From positions 2,432 through 66,431 of the forward strand of contig JAISUT010000020.1 of the NCBI GenBank assembly GCA_031271905.1: a stretch of DNA of 64,000 bases, written 5' to 3'. Made by a program: the position numbers and the translations under genes. This stretch comes from Acidobacteriota bacterium. Lineage in GTDB: Bacteria > Acidobacteriota > UBA6911. Numbering within the stretch: the first letter of the stretch is position 1; each line of letters starts with the position of its first letter. The notes under the pieces are model-generated. The model saw only the letters and a list, made by a program, of their open reading frames with translations. It searched no databases and was not told the DNA's origin. Shown in pieces: positions 12,001-20,440 of this stretch.

Positions 12001-12153
12001 GCCGGAGCCCGCCTTGTCTTGTATATAGGACGCCTGCCCGATGGCTTGGGCGCACGGCGCGAAGCCGAGGCAGAACGCCAAGAGGCAAAGCATGGGGAAA
12101 AGAATCGACCTTGCGGCGTTCGGCCGCGGCATCCTCGCAATCGGCTCATTCAT
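9100..12153 (-). CDS. Glycoside hydrolase family 115-like (xylan alpha-1,2-glucuronidase type), secreted
   Basis: The protein is about 1000 aa with the signal peptide ...MLCLLAFCLGFAPCAQA. Conserved GH115 blocks are YRGIFFNDEAP, LRMKGNYLWPAMW, YGIVMGTSHQEP-like (GTTHQEPMLR) and IYYHFDYVGGPRNYKW. The start is uncertain (12183, 12153 or 12132). Confidence 0.85.
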   Translation of the reverse strand: MNEPIARMPRPNAARSILFPMLCLLAFCLGFAPCAQAIGQASYIQDKAGSGGFPLFDKGKVADIHVDGADWPGVLRAARNLQTDVKKVSGVEPRWVSDAGALKGNVIVAGTVGRSPVIRRLAAAGKIDVKDIEGKWEAFFVQTVEKPLPGVDKALVIAGSDKRATIFGIYDLCEQMGVSPLYWWADVPVRRRKAAYVKAGRFAQGSPSVKYRGIFFNDEAPDLSEWVREKFGDIAPSEDPPIPPNVANYNHLFYEKVFETILRMKGNYLWPAMWDNAFNEDDPENARLADEYGIVMGTTHQEPMLRAQKEWDRRYLKELGSWNYYKHPEVLQKFWREGLRRNKDFESILTIGLRGANDTPMIPGGTVAQSMELLEKIVAEQRKIIAEEVNPDPSQVPQLWSIYKEVQEYYNAGLRVPEDVTLLWSDDNWGNIRRLPTEEERKRPGGAGIYYHFDYVGGPRNYKWINSVSIPAVWEQMTHAKEYGADRIWVVNVGHYKHVLFPMEFFLQLGWDATRWTGRNLPDYTRLWAEREFGARYAREVADVMERYGRYSSRRKAELLSPSVYSVTSYREADRAVEDFNRLVKDAEALGGRIAKEFPEAKDAYYDLVLFPAKAVAQVTELYVAAGKNALYAKQGRASANDMAARVEELFAADAALMDYYNKEFAGGKWSHFMDQVHIGYTAWFDPQQNVMPKVTRLDLPEAGALGVAVEGSEEVWLPGAAGAAKLPAFDSANDQSRYIDVFNRGRESVGFTFEASAPWIAWSLDAQPLEPKSAKSSQAPARIDLGKERRLWFFIDWKKAPKGESRGKIVILPAAGEPVKIEVAANNLADLDRDKAKGFVEDASGYVSIEPEHFTRNVPGKSARWEKIENYGRTLSAMRPLPIAAPSVDDAQDAPVLEYRMYLSKPGRVEVRTTFSPSLNFAPGRGVRYAVSFDEDAPQTVEILSREFDARNGNREWEDSVRNVSRTVASSHEVGEAGWHTLKIRMVDPGVVVQKIVVDTGGLKPSYFGPPESFFK

Positions 12154-12351
12154 CAGGCACACACCCTTTGTCCACTCCACCAAGGCGACTGGTTTTTAAT
12201 CCAATGGCAACATCGCCGTCCATGACGCCGCCCATTCTACTACGGAAACCGGTGGCGCAGCGGCGAATTTCGACGCTGCGGAACCGTCGGCCGGCGTCCG
12301 GGCAAAATCCCCCTGTCGCAGGCGGGCGAATCCTGATAAAAATTACCGGTT

Positions 12352-13755
12352 ATGATTCCTGCCTCCGTGCTGGTCGTGGATGATGAGAAAGGGGTGCGCA
12401 ACTCCGTCCGGGGGATCCTCGAAGACGCAGGGTACGTCGTCGAAGCCGCCCCCTCCGGCGAGGACGCGCTGGAGCTCCTGCGCAAGACGGAGTTCCCGGT
12501 CGTGCTGCTCGACGTCTGGCTCCCCGGCATCGACGGCCTGGAGACGCTGGCGAGGATGCGCCACCTAGCCCCGGAGTCGGTGATCATCATGATCTCCGGA
12601 CATGGATCGATCGAGACGGCGGTGCGCGCCACCCGCCTGGGCGCCTTCGACTTCATCGAAAAGCCGCTCTCGCTGGAGAAGACCCTGCTGGTCGTGGGCA
12701 ACGCCGTGCAGCAGCACCGCCTGCAACAGGAGAACCTGCGGTTGCGGCGCGAGCTCGAGCAGCAACATGTGATGATCGGCGACTCGGTGCCGATGCAGGC
12801 GCTGCGCCAGCAGATCGCCTTCGCCGCGCCGACCGCCGGGCGCGTGCTCATCCGGGGCGAGAACGGGACGGGCAAGGAGCTGGTCGCGCACCTGCTCCAC
12901 CAGGGCAGCCTGAGGCGCGAGGGCGCGTTCGTGGAGATGAACTGCGCCGCCATCCCCGAGGAGCTGGTCGAAAGCGAGCTCTTCGGGCACGTCAAGGGCT
13001 CCTTCACCGGCGCCGCCGAGGACAAGGAGGGGAAGTTCGCGCAGGCGGACGGCGGCACGCTCTTCCTGGACGAGATCGGCGACATGAGCCCCAAGACCCA
13101 GGCGAAGATGCTGCGCGTCCTCGAGGAGCAACGTTTCTCACCCGTGGGGAGCAACGCCTCGATCAAGGTGGACGTGCGCGTCATCGCCTCCACGAACAAA
13201 GACCTGGAGGGCGAGATCGAGGCGGGGAACTTCCGCGAGGACTTGTACTACCGGCTCAACGTGCTCCCCTTCCAGATCCCCCCCCTGCGCGAGCGCGCCG
13301 AGGACATCCCGCTTTTGACGGCGCATTTCCTGGAGGGTTTCTCTCGCCGCTACGGGCGCAAGCCCCCGAACCTGACGCGCAAGGCGAAGGAGGCGCTGGA
13401 AAGCTACCCCTGGCCGGGGAACGTGCGCGAGCTGCGCAACCTCATGGAGCGCATCGTCATCATGACCAAGCGCCCCCGCATCGACATCTACGACCTGCCC
13501 GAGGCGATACTGCATCACACCGTCGCCGCGCCGGAGGCGGCGGGGGATGCCGACGGGAGCGCCTGCGGGGAGACGTCCCTCCACGCCGCCAGGGAGCAGT
13601 TCGAACGGGAGTTCATCCTGCGCAAGCTGATCGAGTGCAAGGGCAACATCTGCCGCGCCGCCGAGGCGTTGCAGGTCGAGCGCAGCAACCTCTACCGGAA
13701 GATCAAGCAACTCGGCATCCCTCACTCCGGCAGGGAGAACGGCGAAGACGCCTAG
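12352..13755 (+). CDS. Sigma-54-dependent response regulator (REC + AAA+ + Fis-type HTH, NtrC family)
   Basis: VLVVDDE...LLDVWLPGIDG is the REC domain. GENGTGKELVA is Walker A. GSFTGA is the sigma-54 contact loop. LFLDEIGDM is Walker B, and C-terminal NICRAAEALQVERSNLYRKIKQ is the HTH. No cognate kinase is adjacent. Confidence 0.9.
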   Translation: MIPASVLVVDDEKGVRNSVRGILEDAGYVVEAAPSGEDALELLRKTEFPVVLLDVWLPGIDGLETLARMRHLAPESVIIMISGHGSIETAVRATRLGAFDFIEKPLSLEKTLLVVGNAVQQHRLQQENLRLRRELEQQHVMIGDSVPMQALRQQIAFAAPTAGRVLIRGENGTGKELVAHLLHQGSLRREGAFVEMNCAAIPEELVESELFGHVKGSFTGAAEDKEGKFAQADGGTLFLDEIGDMSPKTQAKMLRVLEEQRFSPVGSNASIKVDVRVIASTNKDLEGEIEAGNFREDLYYRLNVLPFQIPPLRERAEDIPLLTAHFLEGFSRRYGRKPPNLTRKAKEALESYPWPGNVRELRNLMERIVIMTKRPRIDIYDLPEAILHHTVAAPEAAGDADGSACGETSLHAAREQFEREFILRKLIECKGNICRAAEALQVERSNLYRKIKQLGIPHSGRENGEDA

Positions 13756-13789
13756 AGGCTGGCGGCGACGACGCCGACGCCTTTGCGAC

Positions 13790-14248
13790 TTACAGGAAGA
13801 ACCCGGTCTGGCGCAACGCCTCGTAGGCGACGATCGCCACGGACGAGGACAGGTTCAGGCAACGGACGTTGGAGGTCTTCATCGGGATGCGCAGCGCATG
13901 ACCGGGATTTGCGCGCAACAACTCCGGGTCGAGCCCCTTGGTCTCCGGGCCGAACACCAGGCAGTCCCCGTCCCGGTAGCGCACGTCGGTGTAGGGGCGT
14001 TCGGCGTGCGCGCTGAAATAGAAAAAGCGCGACTCCGGCAGCAGGGCGCGGATCTCATCGAGATCCGCCTCCCGGCGCAGATCCACATGGGGCCAGTAGT
14101 CCAGCCCCGCCCGACGCACGGAACGGTCGTCGATGCGAAAGCCCAGCGCGCCGACCAGGTGCAGCGGCAGGCCGTTGGCGGCGCACAGGCGCGCGATGTT
14201 CCCCGTGTTGGGATGGATTTCCGGCCGGTACAGGACGATATGGACCAT
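13790..14248 (-). CDS. trmL: tRNA (cytidine/uridine-2'-O)-methyltransferase, SpoU/TrmL type
   Basis: MVHIVLYRPEIHPNTGNIARLCAA...RRAGLDYW...LVFGPETKGL...IPM....RCLNLSSSVAIVAYEA has the size and motif order of TrmL (about 150 aa). Confidence 0.85.
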   Translation of the reverse strand: MVHIVLYRPEIHPNTGNIARLCAANGLPLHLVGALGFRIDDRSVRRAGLDYWPHVDLRREADLDEIRALLPESRFFYFSAHAERPYTDVRYRDGDCLVFGPETKGLDPELLRANPGHALRIPMKTSNVRCLNLSSSVAIVAYEALRQTGFFL

Positions 14249-14398
14249 GGCGCGGTAAAGATAGCGCATGGCGTTCCCGCCGACAAGGCGCGCCCTTCGC
14301 CCACCTTACCACCTTACCCCCCCCCCCGCCAGGCGCGATTATTCCATCCCCCCCGCGTTCATGCCGCTGGAAAAAGACACCCGGTTTATGGCAAAGTG

Positions 14399-15397
14399 AT
14401 GGGTTCTTGGAGCCTCCGAATGAACGTCGCGAGCTTGGATTTGAAGGATTGGAGTTCCCTGCCGACTCCGCAGCGATGCCCGGTCTGCGACGCGGCGGAA
14501 TCCTTCCCCGTCGTCTGCCCGGTGGTGCTGGCGACGGCGGAGCCGGTCTACGCCCTCGTGGAATGCCCCCACTGCCATGTGCGGTTCCTGCACCCGTCCC
14601 CGGACGACGAGGCGTTGCGGCGGTTCTACGCGCCGCATTATTTCGGCGCGGACTGGTACTCGCAGGAGGAGAAGGGGCGGATGTTCGCGCAACGGATGCT
14701 CCCGGGCGTCTTCGGCGAACGATTCCTGGACGTCGGTTGCAACCTCGGGTATTTCCTATACGGGGTAGCCCACACGTCGTCCTGGGAGGCGCACGGGGTG
14801 GAGATCAGCCGGGAGGCTGCGGCATACGCCCGGGAGAAGCTGCTTCTGGACGTGCATGGCGGCGAACTCGCCGACGCGGGGTATCCCGACGAGTTCTTCG
14901 GCTTCGTCCGCGTCAACAACGTCCTGGAGCATGTGCGCAAACCGGGCGAGTTCCTCAAGGAGTGTCGCCGCATCCTGCGCAAAGACGGGCAACTCTACCT
15001 GTCCGTGCCGAACGGCCCGGTGGACAGCGCCGGGCTGTTGGACTATTTCCAGAGCGAGCGGACGCCGCCGCGCAGCAAGGACGGGCATCTTTTCTTTTTC
15101 TCCGAACACGCCCTCCAACGCCTCTTCCGCAACGCGAAGTTCAAGGTCGCCACGGCGCACACCTACGGCATCCGCCGTGGTTTGCGGGCGCTGGGGAGGT
15201 ATCCCCGGAAGCTTCGCTGGAAGGCGCCGTACCGGCTCCCGGATGCCGCCCCGGAAAAGGAGGAGATCGTCTTGGCACCGCGCCCCCGCAGGCTCCCGGG
15301 CTACGCCGCCTTCCGCTACTGGCAATCCCGGCTCAAACGCATTCCAGGCCTGGCGAGTTACGGCCTGGACTATGAAATCCTCCTGACGGCGGTCTGA
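14399..15397 (+). CDS. Class I SAM-dependent methyltransferase with an N-terminal 4-Cys zinc ribbon
   Basis: CPVCD...CPHCHVRF is the ribbon. FLDVGCNLGYF is motif I (DxGxGxG variant) and NNVLEHVRKPGEFLKECRRILRKDGQLYLSVPN is the motif II/III region. The upstream part of the ORF-track ORF (13898-14398) is antisense to trmL and was discarded. Confidence 0.75.
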   Translation: MGSWSLRMNVASLDLKDWSSLPTPQRCPVCDAAESFPVVCPVVLATAEPVYALVECPHCHVRFLHPSPDDEALRRFYAPHYFGADWYSQEEKGRMFAQRMLPGVFGERFLDVGCNLGYFLYGVAHTSSWEAHGVEISREAAAYAREKLLLDVHGGELADAGYPDEFFGFVRVNNVLEHVRKPGEFLKECRRILRKDGQLYLSVPNGPVDSAGLLDYFQSERTPPRSKDGHLFFFSEHALQRLFRNAKFKVATAHTYGIRRGLRALGRYPRKLRWKAPYRLPDAAPEKEEIVLAPRPRRLPGYAAFRYWQSRLKRIPGLASYGLDYEILLTAV

Positions 15398-15403
15398 CGG
15401 GCT

Positions 15404-16303
15404 ATGGACATGGACACATCCGCGCAAATTCGCAGAAAACTGGCGACGCTCATCGGACGCCTCCTCGACCGGTGCCTGGACGAGGCGAGGATGATCCCCA
15501 CCGTCCTGCACCGGGACGAGGCCATCGACATCCTCGTAAACGACCCCGCGCGTTTCGCACGGTTGGTGCAGGAGGAGGATGCCGGCAAGACCGAGCTTTC
15601 CCGCGTAGACCTGACCGTGAAGTTCGACGCGGGGGTGGACCTGGGGAAGCTGAACCGCGCCGTCTCGCCGCCCCTATGGGGCGACCACGAGGCAGACCTC
15701 GGGCCGATCCTCGACGACGCCAACCACTGGGTGCGGACGTTCTCGGTGTATTTCGGCAACGCCGTCACCCTTTTCGACAAGGAGTTCGGCAAATTCATCG
15801 CGAAGTTCCGCAACTCGCTGGAACAGTCGGGCATGTCGCTCCAAGTCGTGGATTTCACCACGGAGGACGCGGAGGTTTTAGAGAATGCCGCGTCGGCGCA
15901 CTTCGCCGCCGGGGAGTTCCTGTACGCCTTCGCGTTCGAACGCCTGCTGGGATCCCAGATCATGATCCGACAAGTCGTCAACCTGCCCCCGGGGTTCTCG
16001 CTACGGGAGCGGTTGATGCGCAACGCCCTGCGCGACGCGGAGTTCGCCCCGGCGCTGATGCGCTTCGTCCTGCGCATCTCCCATGTCAGCCAAGGCACTT
16101 GGGGCGACCTGGTCCCGCCCTTGGTCCGCCTCGCGGGCGAAACGTCCGGGGAGAAAGGCATGGAAGCGCTCGTGGACGCCGCCGAACGGGACGTCGTCTT
16201 CTCCTGCAACCTGCTGGAGCGGCCTTACGAGGACATCCGGCGGTTGCCGCATGACGAGCGCCGACGACTCCTGCGCGCACGCCTCGACGCCCTGCGCCCG
16301 TAA
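15404..16303 (+). CDS. Hypothetical protein (299 aa), no recognisable domain
   Basis: The ORF has GC3-rich codon usage like its neighbours. It starts 7 nt after the methyltransferase stop, so it is probably co-transcribed. I recognise no motifs. Confidence 0.55.
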   Translation: MDMDTSAQIRRKLATLIGRLLDRCLDEARMIPTVLHRDEAIDILVNDPARFARLVQEEDAGKTELSRVDLTVKFDAGVDLGKLNRAVSPPLWGDHEADLGPILDDANHWVRTFSVYFGNAVTLFDKEFGKFIAKFRNSLEQSGMSLQVVDFTTEDAEVLENAASAHFAAGEFLYAFAFERLLGSQIMIRQVVNLPPGFSLRERLMRNALRDAEFAPALMRFVLRISHVSQGTWGDLVPPLVRLAGETSGEKGMEALVDAAERDVVFSCNLLERPYEDIRRLPHDERRRLLRARLDALRP

Positions 16304-16419
16304 GGGGGGGGCGTTGCGCGCATCAGGGTGAAACACCCGGCGGGCGCCATCGTTATCTATCAGTATGGGCGGGCGATATAAAAACAAAACGGCATTTAAA
16401 CTTGCAGGCTGGGAAACCT

Positions 16420-17409
16420 ATGGCCACTGAAACAGGCACGAATCGCAGGCAGTTCATCCACCGCTCGTTGCGCGCGGGGCTCGGCGCGGTAGGCGCCACC
16501 GGCGTCGGGCTGTGGCTCGCCTCGCGCAGCGAGCACCCGCAGCGCGTCCAGGCCGCAGCCTCTGTGCGCAGCTACGAAATCGCCGTTTCCGGCGCGACGC
16601 CCGCCCATCCTGCGCTGGTGGTCGTAAGCGGCGGCGAGCCCGCGCAATTGGCGGATCGGGCGATGAAGGAGCTGGGCGGGATGGGGCGCTTCGTCTCCCG
16701 CGGCGACGTCGTGGTGCTCAAGCCCAACATCGGCTGGGACCGGGTGCCGCAACAGGCCGCGAACACCAACCCCGAGCTGGTCAAGCGGGTGGCGGAGCTC
16801 TGCTTCGACGCGGGGGCGAAGAAAGTGGTGGTGACCGACGTCTCCTGCAACGACCCCCGGCGCTGCTTCCAGCGCAGCGGCATCCAGGCGAGCGCCTCGA
16901 AGGCGGGGGCGACCGTCCTGCTCCCCGAGGAGCACAAGTTCCGCGACTTCCGCCTGGGCGGGGAGCTGCTGTCGGTCTGGCCCATCTACACACCGATGGT
17001 CGAGGCCGACAAGATCATCAACCTCCCCATCGTCAAGCACCACAACCTCTGCCGCGCCACGATGGGGCTCAAGAACTGGTACGGCCTGCTGGGCGGGCGG
17101 CGCAACCAGTTGCACCAGAACATCGAGATGGGCATCACCGACCTCGCGAACTTCATCAGGCCGACGCTGACCATCCTGGACGCCTATAGGATTTTGGTTT
17201 CCAACGGCCCGCAGGGGGGGAACCTCGACGACGTGCGGACGATGAAGATGCTCGCCGCCGGCACCGACCCGGTGGCCATCGACTCGTTCGGCGCGACGCT
17301 TCTGGGCATCGAGGCGGGGTCGCTCCAATACTTGAACGTGGCCGAGAAACGCGGCCTCGGCAAGGTGGACTTCACCAAGCTGGACATGAGGAGCCTCAAA
17401 CTCGCATAG
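16420..17409 (+). CDS. DUF362-domain protein with a twin-arginine (Tat) signal
   Basis: MATETGTNRRQFIHRSLRAGLGAVGATGVGLWLA is a Tat motif (RRxF) plus an h-region. The body (VVLKPNIGWDR...TNPELV..V.ELC.DAGAKKVVV.D...NLPI.K.H...TMG.KN.YG) matches the DUF362 family. Confidence 0.8.
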   Translation: MATETGTNRRQFIHRSLRAGLGAVGATGVGLWLASRSEHPQRVQAAASVRSYEIAVSGATPAHPALVVVSGGEPAQLADRAMKELGGMGRFVSRGDVVVLKPNIGWDRVPQQAANTNPELVKRVAELCFDAGAKKVVVTDVSCNDPRRCFQRSGIQASASKAGATVLLPEEHKFRDFRLGGELLSVWPIYTPMVEADKIINLPIVKHHNLCRATMGLKNWYGLLGGRRNQLHQNIEMGITDLANFIRPTLTILDAYRILVSNGPQGGNLDDVRTMKMLAAGTDPVAIDSFGATLLGIEAGSLQYLNVAEKRGLGKVDFTKLDMRSLKLA

Positions 17410-17490
17410 GGGCGCGGCGCAGTCCTTCTTGGACGCCTCCGCCCATATCTTGAATCTTGGGGATTCGACATTCCCACGGGACTTGTTCTT

Positions 17491-19218
17491 ATGAGTGAAA
17501 ACGACGAGACGACCAAAGGGGGGGGCGTGGGGCAACCGGCGGCCCCCGCCAAGCCATCGGGGAAAGGCGGGACGCTCAGGCTGTTGCGCCGCGCCTCCCA
17601 GATCGTTTTTCTTATCCTTTTCCTAGTGCTCTTCTTCAAGACCGAGTACCGGGGGGAGTCGGGCGCGGAGATGTTGGGCATGGACGCGCCGGTCAGCGTC
17701 TTCCTCGAGATGGATCCGCTGGTCGCCTTCGCGACGGCGCTTTCCACGCACACGCTGTATGGCAAGGTGGTGTTCGCCCTGTTCCTCGTCGTCGGCGTGA
17801 TCCTCCTCGGGCGGTTCTTCTGCGGCTGGATCTGCCCGCTCGGCGCCATCAACCAGATCTTCTCCCGCTTCAAGCCGGAGCGCAAGGGGATGAAGCGCAT
17901 CGACAGCAACCGCTTCAAACCATGGATGCACGCGAAATACTACGTCCTTTTCGTGATGACCGCCCTCGCGCTGTTCACCTCGCTCCAGACCGGCCTGCTC
18001 GACCCGATCCCGTTCTTGGTGCGCTCGCTCGCCGCCGGGGTCATGCCCGGCATCGATTACGCCCTGCGGCATGCGCTGGACGCCATGTACGCCTCGAACG
18101 TCGGCGTTCTCGGATGGGCGGCCGACGCTGGCTACGCGGTGCTGGGGAACACTGTGTTGAGCTACAAGCCGCAATATTTCAACCATGCCGTGCTGATCGG
18201 CGCGATCTTCCTGTTCGTCCTGGTGATGAACCGCTTCATCACCCGCTTCTGGTGCCGCGGCGTCTGCCCGCTCGGCGCATTCCTGGGGCTGATCTCCCGT
18301 TACGCGGTCTTCGGCATCCAGAAAGACCACGCCCGGTGCAACAACTGCAACCTCTGCCTGCGGAGCTGCCAGGGGGGGTGCGACCCGCAGGGGGGCGTCC
18401 CGCTGAAGCAGGCGGACTGCCTCCTGTGCTTCAACTGCGAGAGCGTCTGCCCCAAAGGCGCCGTGAAATTCAAGTTCTTCCCGGAGCAGGAGGCAGCGGA
18501 CGTGCGGCCGTTGCCCGACCTGAGGCGCCGCCGCGTCATGGAGAGCGTCGCCGCCGGCGTGGTGGCGTTGCCGTTGCTCCGCGCCAGCCTGGGCTTGGAA
18601 AAGAACACCAACAGCCGGCTGCTCCGCCCGCCGGGGTCGCTGGAGGAGACGGAGTTCCTGGCGCGCTGCGTCCGTTGCGGCCAGTGCATGAAGGCGTGTC
18701 CCACCAACGCCATCCAGCCGACTTTGCTGGAGGCGGGCGTCGAGGGGCTGTGGACGCCGATGCTGGTCATGCGCGTCGGTTCGTGCGAATATAACTGCGT
18801 CCAGTGCAGCCAGGTCTGCCCGACCGGCGCGATCTGGAAGATGACCGAGGCGGAGAAGCACGGCAAGGTCGCGCGCCCCGGCGTTTCCGGGCAGCCCAAG
18901 CCGGTCAAGATCGGGACGGCGTTCTACGACCGGGGGCGTTGCCTCCCGTGGGCGATGGACATCCCTTGCATCGTTTGCGAGGAGTTCTGCCCGACCTCGC
19001 CCAAGGCCATCTGGGTGATCGAGGAGCAGGTGCAAAAATCCGACGGGAGCGTCATCACGGTGCAACGCCCGCGCGTAGACGTCGATCGCTGCGTAGGGTG
19101 CGGCACCTGCGAGAACGTCTGCCCGGTGCAAGACCGTCCGGCGGTCTACGTGACCAGCATCGGCGAGACGCGCTCGAGGACGAACCAGATCCGTCTGGAG
19201 AGCGGCGCTTATAAATAG
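17491..19218 (+). CDS. Membrane-bound polyferredoxin (NapH/MauN-like TM domain plus multiple 4Fe-4S ferredoxin motifs)
   Basis: Several TM helices carry GRFFCGWICPLG and RFWCRGVCPLG (NapH-type CxxCP). Six CxxCxxCxxxCP clusters follow: CNNCNLCLRSC, CLLCFNCESVCP, CVRCGQCMKACP, CVQCSQVCP, CIVCEEFCP and CVGCGTCENVCP. Confidence 0.8.
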   Translation: MSENDETTKGGGVGQPAAPAKPSGKGGTLRLLRRASQIVFLILFLVLFFKTEYRGESGAEMLGMDAPVSVFLEMDPLVAFATALSTHTLYGKVVFALFLVVGVILLGRFFCGWICPLGAINQIFSRFKPERKGMKRIDSNRFKPWMHAKYYVLFVMTALALFTSLQTGLLDPIPFLVRSLAAGVMPGIDYALRHALDAMYASNVGVLGWAADAGYAVLGNTVLSYKPQYFNHAVLIGAIFLFVLVMNRFITRFWCRGVCPLGAFLGLISRYAVFGIQKDHARCNNCNLCLRSCQGGCDPQGGVPLKQADCLLCFNCESVCPKGAVKFKFFPEQEAADVRPLPDLRRRRVMESVAAGVVALPLLRASLGLEKNTNSRLLRPPGSLEETEFLARCVRCGQCMKACPTNAIQPTLLEAGVEGLWTPMLVMRVGSCEYNCVQCSQVCPTGAIWKMTEAEKHGKVARPGVSGQPKPVKIGTAFYDRGRCLPWAMDIPCIVCEEFCPTSPKAIWVIEEQVQKSDGSVITVQRPRVDVDRCVGCGTCENVCPVQDRPAVYVTSIGETRSRTNQIRLESGAYK

Positions 19219-19326
19219 GGCGCCGGTTCTCGGGTTCTCGGGTTCTTCGTTTTTTCAGGATTCGGGGAAACATATCTTCGCTATTTTCGCCGTGGGGCGG
19301 GACGCCACGCGGCGGGGAGGTTTTTT

Positions 19327-20271
19327 ATGAATTGCAAAAAAGCGTTGTCATGCCTCGCATTGCTGTCTCTTGTCTTCTGCGCCGCCTGCGGCGGCCCTGG
19401 CACATCTACGCCGTCGGTGGAAGACCCGGCGTTGTCGCCGGAAGACGCGGCGCTGAAGGCGCTCCTGCCCGAAAGCGGGGATGTCGCCGGATGGGCGCGG
19501 GGCGAGGAAGTCCGCTTTTTCGACGCCGACGGCCTGTACGAATTCATCAACGGCGCGGCGGAGAACTTCCTCATCTACGGCTTCGAGAAGGTGGTGACTG
19601 CGGACTACAGCAACCCCGACCAGCCGTCGGAGGTCACGGTGGAGATATACCAGATGAAAGACCCCCGCAACACCTTCGGCGTCTACGCCTCGGAGCGCAA
19701 CCCGGAGTCGAATTTCAAGCCGATAGGCGCGGAAGGGTACGTCGGCGGCACGGCGCTCAATTTCTGGGCGGGGAAATATTACGCCAGGCTGACGACCTTC
19801 CAGGAGAGCGAGGCGCTCCAGCAGGAGATGGAGAAGCTGGCGGCGGCCATCAACAAGCGGATCGGCGACACGGGCGCGTTGTCGCTGCCCGAGGCGGAGC
19901 TTTTCCCAAAGGCCAACCAAGTGCCCCACTCCATCCGGTATCTGGCGAAGGACGTCCTCGGGCAGGTTTCCTTCGCGGAGGGGTTCGAGGCCAACTACAA
20001 GGATGGCGACAAGGAGTCCAGGGTGGTGATCGTGCTCCCCGGCGACGAGGCCGCCACGGTCGCGGCGCTGGATAAATACAAGGAGTTCGTCAAGTCCAGC
20101 GGCGGCGCGGTGGCAAAGGAGGTCGCCGCCCCCGGCGACGGCGGTTTCGTCGGCGAGGACAAGTACGAAGGCAACCTGGCCGTCCTGCGCAGCGGCGAAC
20201 GCCTGTTCATCTCGCTCGGCGAGAGCTCGCCCGACAAGGCTCTGGCGCAGGCCGCCGCCTGCATAAAGTAG
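19327..20271 (+). CDS. Lipoprotein of unknown function
   Basis: MNCKKALSCLALLSLVFCAACGG is a signal peptide with a lipobox. No catalytic motif is recognised. It sits directly downstream of the DUF362/polyferredoxin pair. Confidence 0.65.
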   Translation: MNCKKALSCLALLSLVFCAACGGPGTSTPSVEDPALSPEDAALKALLPESGDVAGWARGEEVRFFDADGLYEFINGAAENFLIYGFEKVVTADYSNPDQPSEVTVEIYQMKDPRNTFGVYASERNPESNFKPIGAEGYVGGTALNFWAGKYYARLTTFQESEALQQEMEKLAAAINKRIGDTGALSLPEAELFPKANQVPHSIRYLAKDVLGQVSFAEGFEANYKDGDKESRVVIVLPGDEAATVAALDKYKEFVKSSGGAVAKEVAAPGDGGFVGEDKYEGNLAVLRSGERLFISLGESSPDKALAQAAACIK

Positions 20272-20440
20272 CCGCCGCAGGGGCGCCTTTGGAGTGCGGC
20301 GGCTTGCCGCCGCCTTGTCCGCGTCTCCGGCGCCAGCGCGGGAGCCTTCTCCCGCGCCGGTGCCCGTCCGAACGAACGGAGGCGCCGCGCCGCGAACGCG
20401 ACATCATTCAAAAAAGGCCGTCGCAGTGGGTTCCCGCGCC

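Noticed and set aside
16391-16406. Sigma-54 promoter-like sequence GGCAT-TTAAAC-TTGCA just upstream of the DUF362 gene. This is attractive because two sigma-54 activators are nearby.
   Set aside because: The GG-to-GC spacing is one nucleotide longer than the invariant TGGCAC-N5-TTGC geometry. The element would also place the transcription start essentially on the ATG at 16420. I found no properly spaced -24/-12 element elsewhere in the cluster by eye.
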